Counted from the first letter of the stretch, positions 1 to 7,340 are shown. The stretch: DNA of 10,405 bases from Gemmatimonadales bacterium (GCA_041613315.1 JBFJHJ010000050.1:1-10405), one strand, 5' to 3'. The notes: generated by a model not told the origin, from the sequence alone. Numbers and translations: made by a program.

Positions 1-1415
1 GAGAGCACGGCGGCCACTTGGGCGGGCTCGAGCACCGTGACGGCGCGCGACTGTGCGAGATCGATGCGGAACAGTTCGGTCACCGCCTCGCCAAGCGCCG
101 AGTCCGCCGTGCGGTTCTCGAAGTCGGCCAGGACGAGCCGCTCCCGCTCGGCCAGCACGCCCGACGCGACGAGCGTGCCGACCGGCCCGATGCCCAGGAG
201 CCGCATCGCCATGTACCCCGCGGTCGCCGCGGCCAGCGCGCCGAACGCGAGGGCCCCACCCGCGCCGGCGCGGCGCCAGGTGAGCCACGCGGCGAGGCCC
301 GAGGCGCGCGCGGCGCCGCCAACTCGTGCCCGGGCGCGATGCCGTTCGGCGCGGCCGGTGAACACCGCGAGCGGCAGGCCCGCCGCCGTGATGGTCGCCG
401 CCACCCCGAAGACCCAGGCGGGGAGGCCCAGCAGGATCGTGACGCCGTACGCGAGCCCGAGCACGAGGGCGGCGCCCGCGGCAAACAGGCCGAGCACCCG
501 AGCCGGCTCGCTGCGCCGGAGCAGCGCCTGGGCGGAGAGCGTCGTGGTGTCGACGGCCGCCTGGTCGCCGGTCGGCGTCGCGTGCGCCTCGAGCTGGGCG
601 CGCACCTCCTCGGCGCTCTGCCAGCGGTCGGCCGGATCCTTCTCGAGGCAGCGCATCACGGTGTCGGCGAGCCACCCCGGCACGTCCGGCCGGTGCTCGG
701 TCACGGGCGGCGGCGGTTCGGTGACGTGCGCGATCATGACGACCTGGCTGGTCGCACCCTGGAACGGCGGCCGGCCGGTCAACATCTCGTACGCCATCAC
801 GCCGAGCGCGTACAGGTCCGCCCGGTGATCGATGTCGGCATCGGCCGCAGCCTGCTCCGGCGCCATGTAGGCCGGTGTACCCACGGCCACGCCGATGCTC
901 GTCATCCGCTGGCTGGTCGCCACGCCCGTCACGGCCCTGGCCACGCCGAAATCGGTGACCAGCGCGTGGCGGTCCGCCAGCATGACGTTGTCGGGCTTGA
1001 TGTCGCGGTGCACGATGCCGCGCTTGTGCGCGAAGGCGAGCGCATCCACCACCTCGCGCAGCAGCCGCGTGACCTCGCTGATGGACAGGGCGCCCTTGCG
1101 GCTCAACCGGTCGCGCAGCGACTCGCCCTCGACGTAGGGCATCACGAAATACAGCAGCCCGTTCGCCTCGCCCGAGTCGTGCAGCGGCAGGATGTGGGGA
1201 TGGCTCAGGTTGGCGGCGATCCGGATCTCCCGCAGGAACCGCTCGCTCCCGACGGACGCCGCCAGATCGGGACGCAGCACCTTGATGGCCACGGTGCGGT
1301 CGTGCCGGACGTCGTGCGCGCGGTATACGGTCGCGGTTCCGCCCGTCCCGAGCTCTTGCTCGATCACGTAGCGGCCGGCGAGCGCCGACGTGAGCCGGCT
1401 CATCGGATCGGACAC
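1..1415 (-). CDS. Hanks-type Ser/Thr protein kinase with about 3 transmembrane helices and a C-terminal extracytoplasmic domain (partial, runs off the left edge)
   Basis: Manual translation from GTG 1415 (SD GAGGGGAG at 1421-1428; alternative ATG 1403) gives MSDPMSRLTSALAGRYVIEQELGTGGTATVY...VAIKVLRPDLAASVGSERFLREIRIAANLSHPHILPLHDSG...HRDIKPDN...DFGVARA...GTPAYMAPEQ...DLYALGVMAYEMLTGRPPF. Hydrophobic segments follow (~190-500), then RLVLADFENRTADSALGEAVTELFRIDL. No stop before position 1, which explains its absence from the ORF track. Confidence 0.96.
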   Translation of the reverse strand, partial: MSDPMSRLTSALAGRYVIEQELGTGGTATVYRAHDVRHDRTVAIKVLRPDLAASVGSERFLREIRIAANLSHPHILPLHDSGEANGLLYFVMPYVEGESLRDRLSRKGALSISEVTRLLREVVDALAFAHKRGIVHRDIKPDNVMLADRHALVTDFGVARAVTGVATSQRMTSIGVAVGTPAYMAPEQAAADADIDHRADLYALGVMAYEMLTGRPPFQGATSQVVMIAHVTEPPPPVTEHRPDVPGWLADTVMRCLEKDPADRWQSAEEVRAQLEAHATPTGDQAAVDTTTLSAQALLRRSEPARVLGLFAAGAALVLGLAYGVTILLGLPAWVFGVAATITAAGLPLAVFTGRAERHRARARVGGAARASGLAAWLTWRRAGAGGALAFGALAAATAGYMAMRLLGIGPVGTLVASGVLAERERLVLADFENRTADSALGEAVTELFRIDLAQSRAVTVLEPAQVAAVL

Positions 1416-1467
1416 CCTGGCTCCCCTCAGCTCGACGAGGATCGCCCCGCGGGGGGCGCGCACCCGT

Positions 1468-1496
1468 AGGATAGACCCCTCGAGCGGTGACGGCTA
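1468..1496 (-). promoter_or_regulatory. Possible sigma70-type promoter for the kinase
   Basis: Minus strand TAGCCG (1496-1491), 17 nt spacer, TATCCT (1473-1468), about 50 nt upstream of the GTG. Partial consensus match only. Confidence 0.25.
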
Positions 1497-1577
1497 GTTC
1501 GAGACGTTGCCCTGCGATACCAGACGCCCCGCGGGTCGATTTCGTTTCATCGGGCGGCCTCAAACGGGCGGGCCGGC

Positions 1578-1606
1578 TTGACAGGGGCCCCCGGCCATTA
1601 TCACTT
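1578..1606 (+). promoter_or_regulatory. Possible sigma70-type promoter for the radical SAM gene
   Basis: Perfect TTGACA at 1578-1583, followed by an AT-rich patch (CATTATCACTTGAAT, 1596-1610) in otherwise very GC-rich DNA. The -10 hexamer at 15-17 nt spacing (TATCAC/TCACTT) is a poor match. Confidence 0.4.
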
Positions 1607-1654
1607 GAATGTTTACGGAACGCCTTCTTGCGTCGACTCTTGCCGGGACGGCCC

Positions 1655-3532
1655 ATGCGTCTGCTGCTGATCAACCCACGGTTTCCCGAGAGCTTCTGGA
1701 GCTTCAAGTGGGCGATGGACCGCGTGCTGCCCGGCCGCCGGGCGGTGAATCCGCCGTTGGGGCTCGCGACACTCGCCGCCCTGTGCCCGCCCGAGTGGGA
1801 CATCACGATCGTGGACGAGAACGTGGAGCCGATCCCCTTGGCGCCCGCGGCGGACCTCGTGGGCGTCTGCGGGATGGGCGTGCAGTTCCCCCGCCAGCGG
1901 GAGTTGCTCCGGTACTACCGGAACGAGGGCTACCGCACCGTGGCGGGCGGGAGCTACGCGTCGCTCTGCCCCGAGCTGTATGAGCCGTTGGCGGACACCG
2001 TGGTGGCGGGCGAGGCGGAATACATCTGGCCCCAGTTCTGCCGGGACCTGGAACAGGGCACGGCGAAGCGGCTCTACCACGAGACGGGCGTCGTCTCGCT
2101 CGCCGACACCCCGGTCCCGCGCTTCGATCTCTTGCCCGTGGACCGGTATCAGACGATGAGCCTGCAGTTCTCGCGGGGCTGCCCGTTCCGCTGTGAGTTC
2201 TGCGACATCATCGTGATGTTCGGCCGGCGGCCGCGGACCAAGTCACCCGAGCAGGTGGGCCGCGAGTTGGACGCGCTTCGCGCGCTCGGCATCCGCAGCG
2301 CCTTCTTCGTGGACGACAACCTGATCGGCAACAAGCCGGTCGCCAAGGACCTGCTCAAGTACCTCGCCGAATACCAGCGGGAGCACGACTATCGGTTCCA
2401 CTTCGGCACCGAGGCGTCGCTCAACCTCGCGCAGGACGCGGAGCTGCTCGAGTTGTTCCGCCAGGCGGGCTTTGGGTGGGTGTTCCTCGGCATCGAGTCG
2501 CCCGACGAGGAGAGTCTCAAGGAGACGCTCAAGTTCCAGAACACGCGTCAGGACCTTCTCACCTCGCTGCGCGCGATCTACGCGCATGGCGTCGATATCT
2601 TCGCGGGGTTCATCATCGGCTTCGATCACGACACCGTGGCGACGTTCGAGCGCCAGGAGACGTTCATCCGCCGCTCGGGCATTCAGGCCGCCATGATCGG
2701 GCTCCTCCAGGCACTCCCCAAGACGCCGCTCTACGAGCGGCTCGAGAAGGCCGGGCGGCTCCGGACCGACGCGAACGGGACCGACAACTCGAAGCTGAGC
2801 ACCAACGTCAACCCCGTCGGGATGAGCTACGAGGAGATGGTCGCGGGCTACCGCGCGCTCCACGAACGGCTGTTCGACGACGAGGGGATCGCGGCACGGG
2901 TCAAGAACAAGAACCGCTACCTGGCGTCGCCAGCGGCGACCGCGCGCCGGCACTCATTGTGGCAGCTTCTGGGGATCGGGGGCCGGTTCCTGCTGCGCGG
3001 ACTCCTGCCGGGCGGCCCCGCGCGCATCGTCCGATTCCTGGGCTCCGTTCCGTGGTCGCGCCCGCTGCTCATCCCGCGGGCGGTCGAGGACTGGATCCTC
3101 GGGCTTGCGATGCGCGACTACATCGACCGGCATTTCCGGGTACGCGAGCGGCCCGCGGTCGAGCGCGCCCGCGACCACGTGCAGGCGCTCGAGCGCGCGC
3201 TCCGCCGCTACCTCAAGGCGGGCAGCCTCGAGGTGTCGCTCGACGGCGTGCGGCAGGCGGCTGCGAGCGTGTCGCTCCGCCTCCACGGCTGGGTGGACCG
3301 CGGCTTCTACCGGCGGGCCCGGCGCCAGCTCTCGCGGGTGCTGCGCGACTCGACGGCGTCGGTGACGCTCCGCATCGACGAGCTCCGCGCGAACGAGGTG
3401 CGGCACCTCCAGCGCCTGCTGCGGCGGCTGTCGCGCTACGGCGACCGGATCAGCGTCGTGGTGCACGAACGGCTGCGCGAGGTGGTCCACATCGACTCGT
3501 CGCTCTGCCACTTGGTGCTCGAGCGCTCGTAG
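1655..3532 (+). CDS. Cobalamin (B12)-binding radical SAM enzyme (class B methyltransferase-like, DUF4070/HpnP-related family) with a C-terminal STAS-like extension
   Basis: ATG 1655 gives the family-typical start MRLLLINPRFPESFWSF...PPLGLATLAAL...VDENVE...VAGGSYAS...GEAE (B12-binding domain). CxxxCxxC motif SRGCPFRCEFC (Cys codons 2180, 2192, 2201), plus FFVDDNLIGN, VFLGIES, GFIIGFDHD and LQALPKTPLY. 625 aa. The ORF-track start at 1487 adds a non-homologous stretch across the promoter region. Confidence 0.93.
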   Translation: MRLLLINPRFPESFWSFKWAMDRVLPGRRAVNPPLGLATLAALCPPEWDITIVDENVEPIPLAPAADLVGVCGMGVQFPRQRELLRYYRNEGYRTVAGGSYASLCPELYEPLADTVVAGEAEYIWPQFCRDLEQGTAKRLYHETGVVSLADTPVPRFDLLPVDRYQTMSLQFSRGCPFRCEFCDIIVMFGRRPRTKSPEQVGRELDALRALGIRSAFFVDDNLIGNKPVAKDLLKYLAEYQREHDYRFHFGTEASLNLAQDAELLELFRQAGFGWVFLGIESPDEESLKETLKFQNTRQDLLTSLRAIYAHGVDIFAGFIIGFDHDTVATFERQETFIRRSGIQAAMIGLLQALPKTPLYERLEKAGRLRTDANGTDNSKLSTNVNPVGMSYEEMVAGYRALHERLFDDEGIAARVKNKNRYLASPAATARRHSLWQLLGIGGRFLLRGLLPGGPARIVRFLGSVPWSRPLLIPRAVEDWILGLAMRDYIDRHFRVRERPAVERARDHVQALERALRRYLKAGSLEVSLDGVRQAAASVSLRLHGWVDRGFYRRARRQLSRVLRDSTASVTLRIDELRANEVRHLQRLLRRLSRYGDRISVVVHERLREVVHIDSSLCHLVLERS

Positions 3533-3550
3533 CCGCCACCGGCGATCCTT

Positions 3551-3620
3551 GGCGGTCGGAAGGGCAACACCGAAAACGGAGAACGTCCACGTCCGGCCGC
3601 AGGTGGCGGATCGCCGATGC
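3551..3620 (+). ncRNA. Candidate c-di-GMP-I (GEMM)-like riboswitch aptamer, compact variant
   Basis: GTCG-GAAGG-GC-AAC-A-CCG-AAAA-CGG-A-G-AAC-GT-CCAC-GTCCG-GCC-GCA-GGT-GG-CGGAT-CGC-CGAT. It forms P1 (3552-3558/3615-3620), P2 (3564-3586) and P3 (3591-3611 with a 2-nt purine bulge), ending in the GEMM-like RCCGAT. It lies 5' of the hydrolase RBS. It deviates at J2/3 (CCAC instead of AAAG) and lacks the GNRA tetraloop and its receptor. Confidence 0.35.
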
Positions 3621-3694
3621 GACCCTTTCCCGCCGTCAGTCATCTCCTAACACGAACCGAGATCCGTACCCCCGGTCCACCAAGGAGCGCATCC

Positions 3695-5185
3695 ATGGTC
3701 CGAGCGTCCATCGCCGTGGCGGCCGCCTGTCTCGTCCTCTCGGCGGGCGCCACCGTCACCCGCGTCGCACGGGCCCAAACGCCCGAACGGCCGGAAGTGG
3801 CGCAGGAGCGGCGCGCCATGGCGTTCTACCGGTCGCTCAAGTCCGGCGATGCCGACAGCGCCGTGCGCGTTCTCGAGGCGAACCTGACGCCCGCCACCTG
3901 GCAGCGCCGCAGCGCGGACGACTGGCGCCGCATGGCCGGCCGGCTCGTGCAGGATCTGGGGAGCATGGAGCTGGAGGGCGTGGATGTCCTGCGCCCCAAC
4001 ACGCTGAACCTGACGCTGGCGCCCGCCAACGCGCCCGCTCCCGCGGCGACGTTGGGCTTCGAGTTCGAGGCCGGCCCGCCGTTTCGCATCTCGGGACTCT
4101 CCGTCGAGCGGGGCGGGCCGGGTGAAGCGCGAGGGAGCGAGTTCCCGGCGTTCAGTCTGCCGGCCGGCGCCGATCGCCCCGCGATCATCCGGGCGCTCAC
4201 GCGCTACTTCGACGACCTGGCGACGCGGGATCTCTTCTCGGGCACCGCGCTGGTGGCCTACAAGGGCGAGGTGCTGTTCACCGCCGCCCACGGCCTGGCA
4301 ACCAAGCGCTACGACGTGCCCAACCGGCTGAGCACCCGCTTCGACCTGGGGTCGATCAACAAGGCGTTCACCAAGATCGCGATCGGCCAGCTCCTGGCGC
4401 GGGGGAAGCTCTCGCTGGACGATCGCCTGATCCGGCACGTGCCGGACTATCCCAACCGCACGGTCGCCGAGCAGATCACGATTCGGCAACTGCTGGAGCA
4501 CGCCTCGGGGCTGGGAGACTTGTTCAACGAGACGTTTCGGCGCTCGTCCCGTGCGCTGTACCGCTCGCCTCGCGATTACTTCCCGATCTTCGCCGACGAA
4601 CCCCTCCTGTTCGAGCCGGGTTCGGCGCGGCAGTACTCGAACGCCGGCTACATCGTGTTGGGGGCGGTGATCGAGGAACTATCGGGAGAGCCGTACGATG
4701 CGTACGTGCGGCGCCACATCTTCGAGCCGGCCGGCATGACGCGCTCGGGGTTCTTCGAGCGCGACGCGGTGGTGCCCGATATCGCCGAGGGGTACACCAG
4801 GATGATGTCGCGGGGCGAGGACGGGGAGCGCCGGAGCAACATGTTCATGCTCCCCATCAAGGGGAACGCCGCGGGGAGCGCGCAATCGACCGTCGAGGAT
4901 CTGTGGCGGTTCGACCGGGCGCTCCGCACGCACCGGCTGCTACCGCCTGCGTATACCGCGTGGTTCTTTCAGGGGCCGGAGCCGGCGCCGGGCCGGCCGG
5001 CGGCCGCTGGTGAGGCGCCGCCCGCCACCGAGGGTCTGGGCATCGCGGGCGGCGGGCCGGGCGTGAGCGCCGTGCTCGAGAGCAACGGCGATCTGGTGAT
5101 CGCCGCGCTCTCGAACTACGACCCGCCCGGCGCCGAGGCGATCGCACAGCGGCTGTGGCGGGAACTGAAACAACGTCTTCCGTGA
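3695..5185 (+). CDS. Secreted serine hydrolase, beta-lactamase/AmpC-like (peptidase S12) family, with an extra N-terminal domain
   Basis: ATG 3695 with SD AAGGAG at 3682-3687. Signal peptide MVRASIAVAAACLVLSAG...ARA-Q. Motifs FSGTALVA, F-D-L-G-S-I-N-K (SxxK, Ser codon 4352), TIRQLLEHASG, LLFEPG...YSN (YxN, 4634), IFEPAGM and STVEDLWRF; third motif region GIAGGGPG. 496 aa. Confidence 0.93.
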   Translation: MVRASIAVAAACLVLSAGATVTRVARAQTPERPEVAQERRAMAFYRSLKSGDADSAVRVLEANLTPATWQRRSADDWRRMAGRLVQDLGSMELEGVDVLRPNTLNLTLAPANAPAPAATLGFEFEAGPPFRISGLSVERGGPGEARGSEFPAFSLPAGADRPAIIRALTRYFDDLATRDLFSGTALVAYKGEVLFTAAHGLATKRYDVPNRLSTRFDLGSINKAFTKIAIGQLLARGKLSLDDRLIRHVPDYPNRTVAEQITIRQLLEHASGLGDLFNETFRRSSRALYRSPRDYFPIFADEPLLFEPGSARQYSNAGYIVLGAVIEELSGEPYDAYVRRHIFEPAGMTRSGFFERDAVVPDIAEGYTRMMSRGEDGERRSNMFMLPIKGNAAGSAQSTVEDLWRFDRALRTHRLLPPAYTAWFFQGPEPAPGRPAAAGEAPPATEGLGIAGGGPGVSAVLESNGDLVIAALSNYDPPGAEAIAQRLWRELKQRLP

Positions 5186-5201
5186 TCCGTTGTCCGTGAT
5201 C
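5179..5201. repeat. Heptamer tandem repeat TCCGTGA-TCCGTTG-TCCGTGA-TC
   Basis: Three imperfect 7-bp units starting within the hydrolase stop region. The core CCGTTGTCCGTG (5187-5198) recurs exactly at 7350-7361. Confidence 0.7.
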
Positions 5202-5202
5202 G

Positions 5203-5237
5203 CGCGGGCGGCACCGGCGCTCCGTGCGATGCCCGCG
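5203..5237. terminator. GC-rich hairpin between convergent genes (possible bidirectional terminator or transcript-stabilising stem)
   Basis: CGCGGGC (5203-5209) pairs with GCCCGCG (5231-5237), with an inner GCAC/GTGC stem (5211-5214/5224-5227). No U-tract on either strand. Confidence 0.3.
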
Positions 5238-5254
5238 GCGAGCGGGGACGCCGG

Positions 5255-7333
5255 TTACGGCGCCGCCACTTTGCCCTCCACGGCCTTGCCGCCTTCCCGC
5301 ATCCACTTCCCGTACCAGCTCATCATGTAGAGCATGGTCCGCATGTAGTTGCTCGGCTTGGACCCGGTGCCGTGGTACTCCTCGTTGAACCGCAGCAGCG
5401 TCGTAGGCACGCCCCGCATCGTGAGCGCCGCGTAGTACTCCTCGGACTGCGGCATCGGGGTCCGGAGGTCGAGCTCGCCCGTCATGATGACCGTGGGCGT
5501 CGTCACCTTCCCGACGTGCATGAGCGAGGACTGCGCGAGCCACCGGTCGGGGTCCTCCCAGAACGGCTTGCGGAAGAAGCTATGCGTGAAGTACGGGATG
5601 TCGGTCTGGCCCGCGAAGCTCATCCAGTTGATGACCGGGCAGCGCACCGCCGCCGCGGCGAACCGGTCGGTGTGGCCGATCACCCAGCTCGACAGCACCC
5701 CGCCGCCGCTGCACCCGCCGACGTACATTCGCGTGGTGTCCACGAAGCCGCGGGCGACCACCGCGTCCACGCCCGCCATGAGATCGTCGTAGTCCACGCC
5801 GGGATAGGCGAAATCGATCCCCTTGGAGAACTGCTCGCCGTAGCCGGTGCTTCCCCTGGGGTTGGTGAACAGCACCACATAGCCGTTCGCCGCAAAGACC
5901 TGGTTGTCGAAATCGAAGTCCACGTCGTACATGGCAAACGGCCCGCCGTGGATCTCCATGATGAGCGGGTACTTCCGGGAGGCATCGTATCCCGGCGGCG
6001 TCACGATCCATCCCTGCACCCGCGTCCCGCCGGAAGATGTGTACCAGATCTCCTCCATCGCGCCCAATCGCTTGTTGCCGAGCACGTCGTCGTTCACCCG
6101 GGTGAGCCGGGTGAGCTGGCCCGGCCGCCGCAGGCTGTACCGCACGACGTCTCCCGGCTCGTCGGGATCGCTCTTGATGCCGACGGCGGTGAGGTTCCGG
6201 TCGGCAGCCATGGAGCTGAGCGAGAGCGTGTGCACGCCCTCCGTCACGGCCTGCACCCCGCCGCGGAGCGACGCGAGTTGGACGTTGACGGAGCCACGGT
6301 CCTGCGCCACGAAGTAGATGCCGTTGCCGTCGGGCGCCCAACGGAGCTGGCCGGGCTCGCGGTCGTAGTCGGTGCTGAGCCCACGGAGGCCGGAGCCGTC
6401 CAGGCCGATCACCCACAACCGGTCCATCGCATAGGTCGCGTCGGTGGAGTCGTAGCCCGTAAAGGCGATCAGCCGGCCGTCAGGCGACATGACCGGGCCC
6501 GACCAGGCGCCCGGCCGCGCGGTGATCTGGCGGACCGCGCCGCTCGCCATGTCCACCGCGTAGACATGCGACGCCCGGTACGTCCGATCGCCCGCGTCGT
6601 CCTTGAGGCCGTCGAACACGATCGTCCGCCCGTCGGGCGTCCAATCGAACGTGGCGCCGAAGAACAGCCCGTCGAACCGGGCGCCCACGTTCCACTTGCC
6701 CGAGGTGAGTTGCCGCGGCGTGCCGCCGTCCGCGGTCACGACGAAGAGATGGCTGAACCCGGGCTCCGTGAATCCCGCCCGGTCCTGGCGGTAGTGCAGC
6801 CGGTCGACGACGCGGGGCGCCTTGGTCCACGTGCCCCCTTCCGGCGCCGACGGCAAGTCGATGGACCACGTGGTCTTGTCCGGCACGATGCTCACGAACG
6901 CGATGGCGCGGCCGTCGGGCGACCAGGTGGGGTTGCGCGGGCTCTCCTGCACCCGCGTCACCTGTGACGTTGCGCCCTCGGCGTCCATCCAGCGGACGAA
7001 GAGCTGGGTGCCCTTGGGCTCCCCTTCGGCGAGGTAGAGGATCCGCGTGCCGTCGGGGGACCAGCGGGCGTTCGACCCTTCGACCAGCTTCCGGTTCTTG
7101 GAGCCGTCGGCGTTCATGATCCAGAGGGCCGACTCCCATTTGTCCTCGAGGGCGTTGACCCAGCGGCGCGTATAGATGATCTGAGTGCCGTCGGGCGAGA
7201 TCTGCGGATCGCGCACCTGCTCCCAGTCGAGGAAGTGCTTCACCGTGAGCAGGGTATCGGACGGCACCTGGGCCGCCGCGCGGGGCGCGAGGGCGGTCCC
7301 GAGGAGAACGATGAGCGTGATGAGACGGCGCAT
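5255..7333 (-). CDS. Secreted S9 family peptidase (dipeptidyl aminopeptidase/acylaminoacyl peptidase-like; PD40 beta-propeller plus alpha/beta hydrolase)
   Basis: ATG 7333 with SD GGAG at 7343-7340. Signal peptide MRRLITLIVLLGTALAPRAAA-Q. Repeated WSPDG/SPDG PD40 motifs, then KYPLIMEIHGGP, NPRGSTGYG, nucleophile elbow GCSGGG (Ser codon 5708-5710), GELDLRTP (Asp) and EEYHG (His). 692 aa. Confidence 0.95.
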   Translation of the reverse strand: MRRLITLIVLLGTALAPRAAAQVPSDTLLTVKHFLDWEQVRDPQISPDGTQIIYTRRWVNALEDKWESALWIMNADGSKNRKLVEGSNARWSPDGTRILYLAEGEPKGTQLFVRWMDAEGATSQVTRVQESPRNPTWSPDGRAIAFVSIVPDKTTWSIDLPSAPEGGTWTKAPRVVDRLHYRQDRAGFTEPGFSHLFVVTADGGTPRQLTSGKWNVGARFDGLFFGATFDWTPDGRTIVFDGLKDDAGDRTYRASHVYAVDMASGAVRQITARPGAWSGPVMSPDGRLIAFTGYDSTDATYAMDRLWVIGLDGSGLRGLSTDYDREPGQLRWAPDGNGIYFVAQDRGSVNVQLASLRGGVQAVTEGVHTLSLSSMAADRNLTAVGIKSDPDEPGDVVRYSLRRPGQLTRLTRVNDDVLGNKRLGAMEEIWYTSSGGTRVQGWIVTPPGYDASRKYPLIMEIHGGPFAMYDVDFDFDNQVFAANGYVVLFTNPRGSTGYGEQFSKGIDFAYPGVDYDDLMAGVDAVVARGFVDTTRMYVGGCSGGGVLSSWVIGHTDRFAAAAVRCPVINWMSFAGQTDIPYFTHSFFRKPFWEDPDRWLAQSSLMHVGKVTTPTVIMTGELDLRTPMPQSEEYYAALTMRGVPTTLLRFNEEYHGTGSKPSNYMRTMLYMMSWYGKWMREGGKAVEGKVAAP

Positions 7334-7340
7334 GCGAAGC

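Noticed and set aside
18..1469. 483-aa plus-strand ORF (and 37..828)
   Set aside because: Antisense shadow of the kinase, which has all catalytic motifs on the minus strand. The translation is Arg/Gly/His-rich with no recognisable domain.
1487..1654. N-terminal extension of the radical SAM ORF
   Set aside because: Family similarity starts at MRLLLINP (1655), and the extension spans the TTGACA promoter-like region.
1416..1654. Cobalamin riboswitch upstream of the B12-dependent enzyme
   Set aside because: No B12-box or GGGAA...GCCACTG-type conserved elements seen.
1655..3532. Assigning the gene symbol hpnP
   Set aside because: The architecture is related, but the N-terminus matches the broader uncharacterised DUF4070 group and no hopanoid genes are nearby. 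A phylogeny is needed.
2476..4125. 549-aa alternative-frame ORF bridging the rSAM and hydrolase genes
   Set aside because: Low-complexity off-frame ORF typical of high-GC DNA. Both real genes are intact, so no frameshift is needed.
1655..7333. RiPP-like cluster (B12 radical SAM plus two peptidases)
   Set aside because: No credible precursor peptide, RRE or transporter. Both peptidases have signal peptides while the rSAM is cytoplasmic, and the S9 gene is on the opposite strand.
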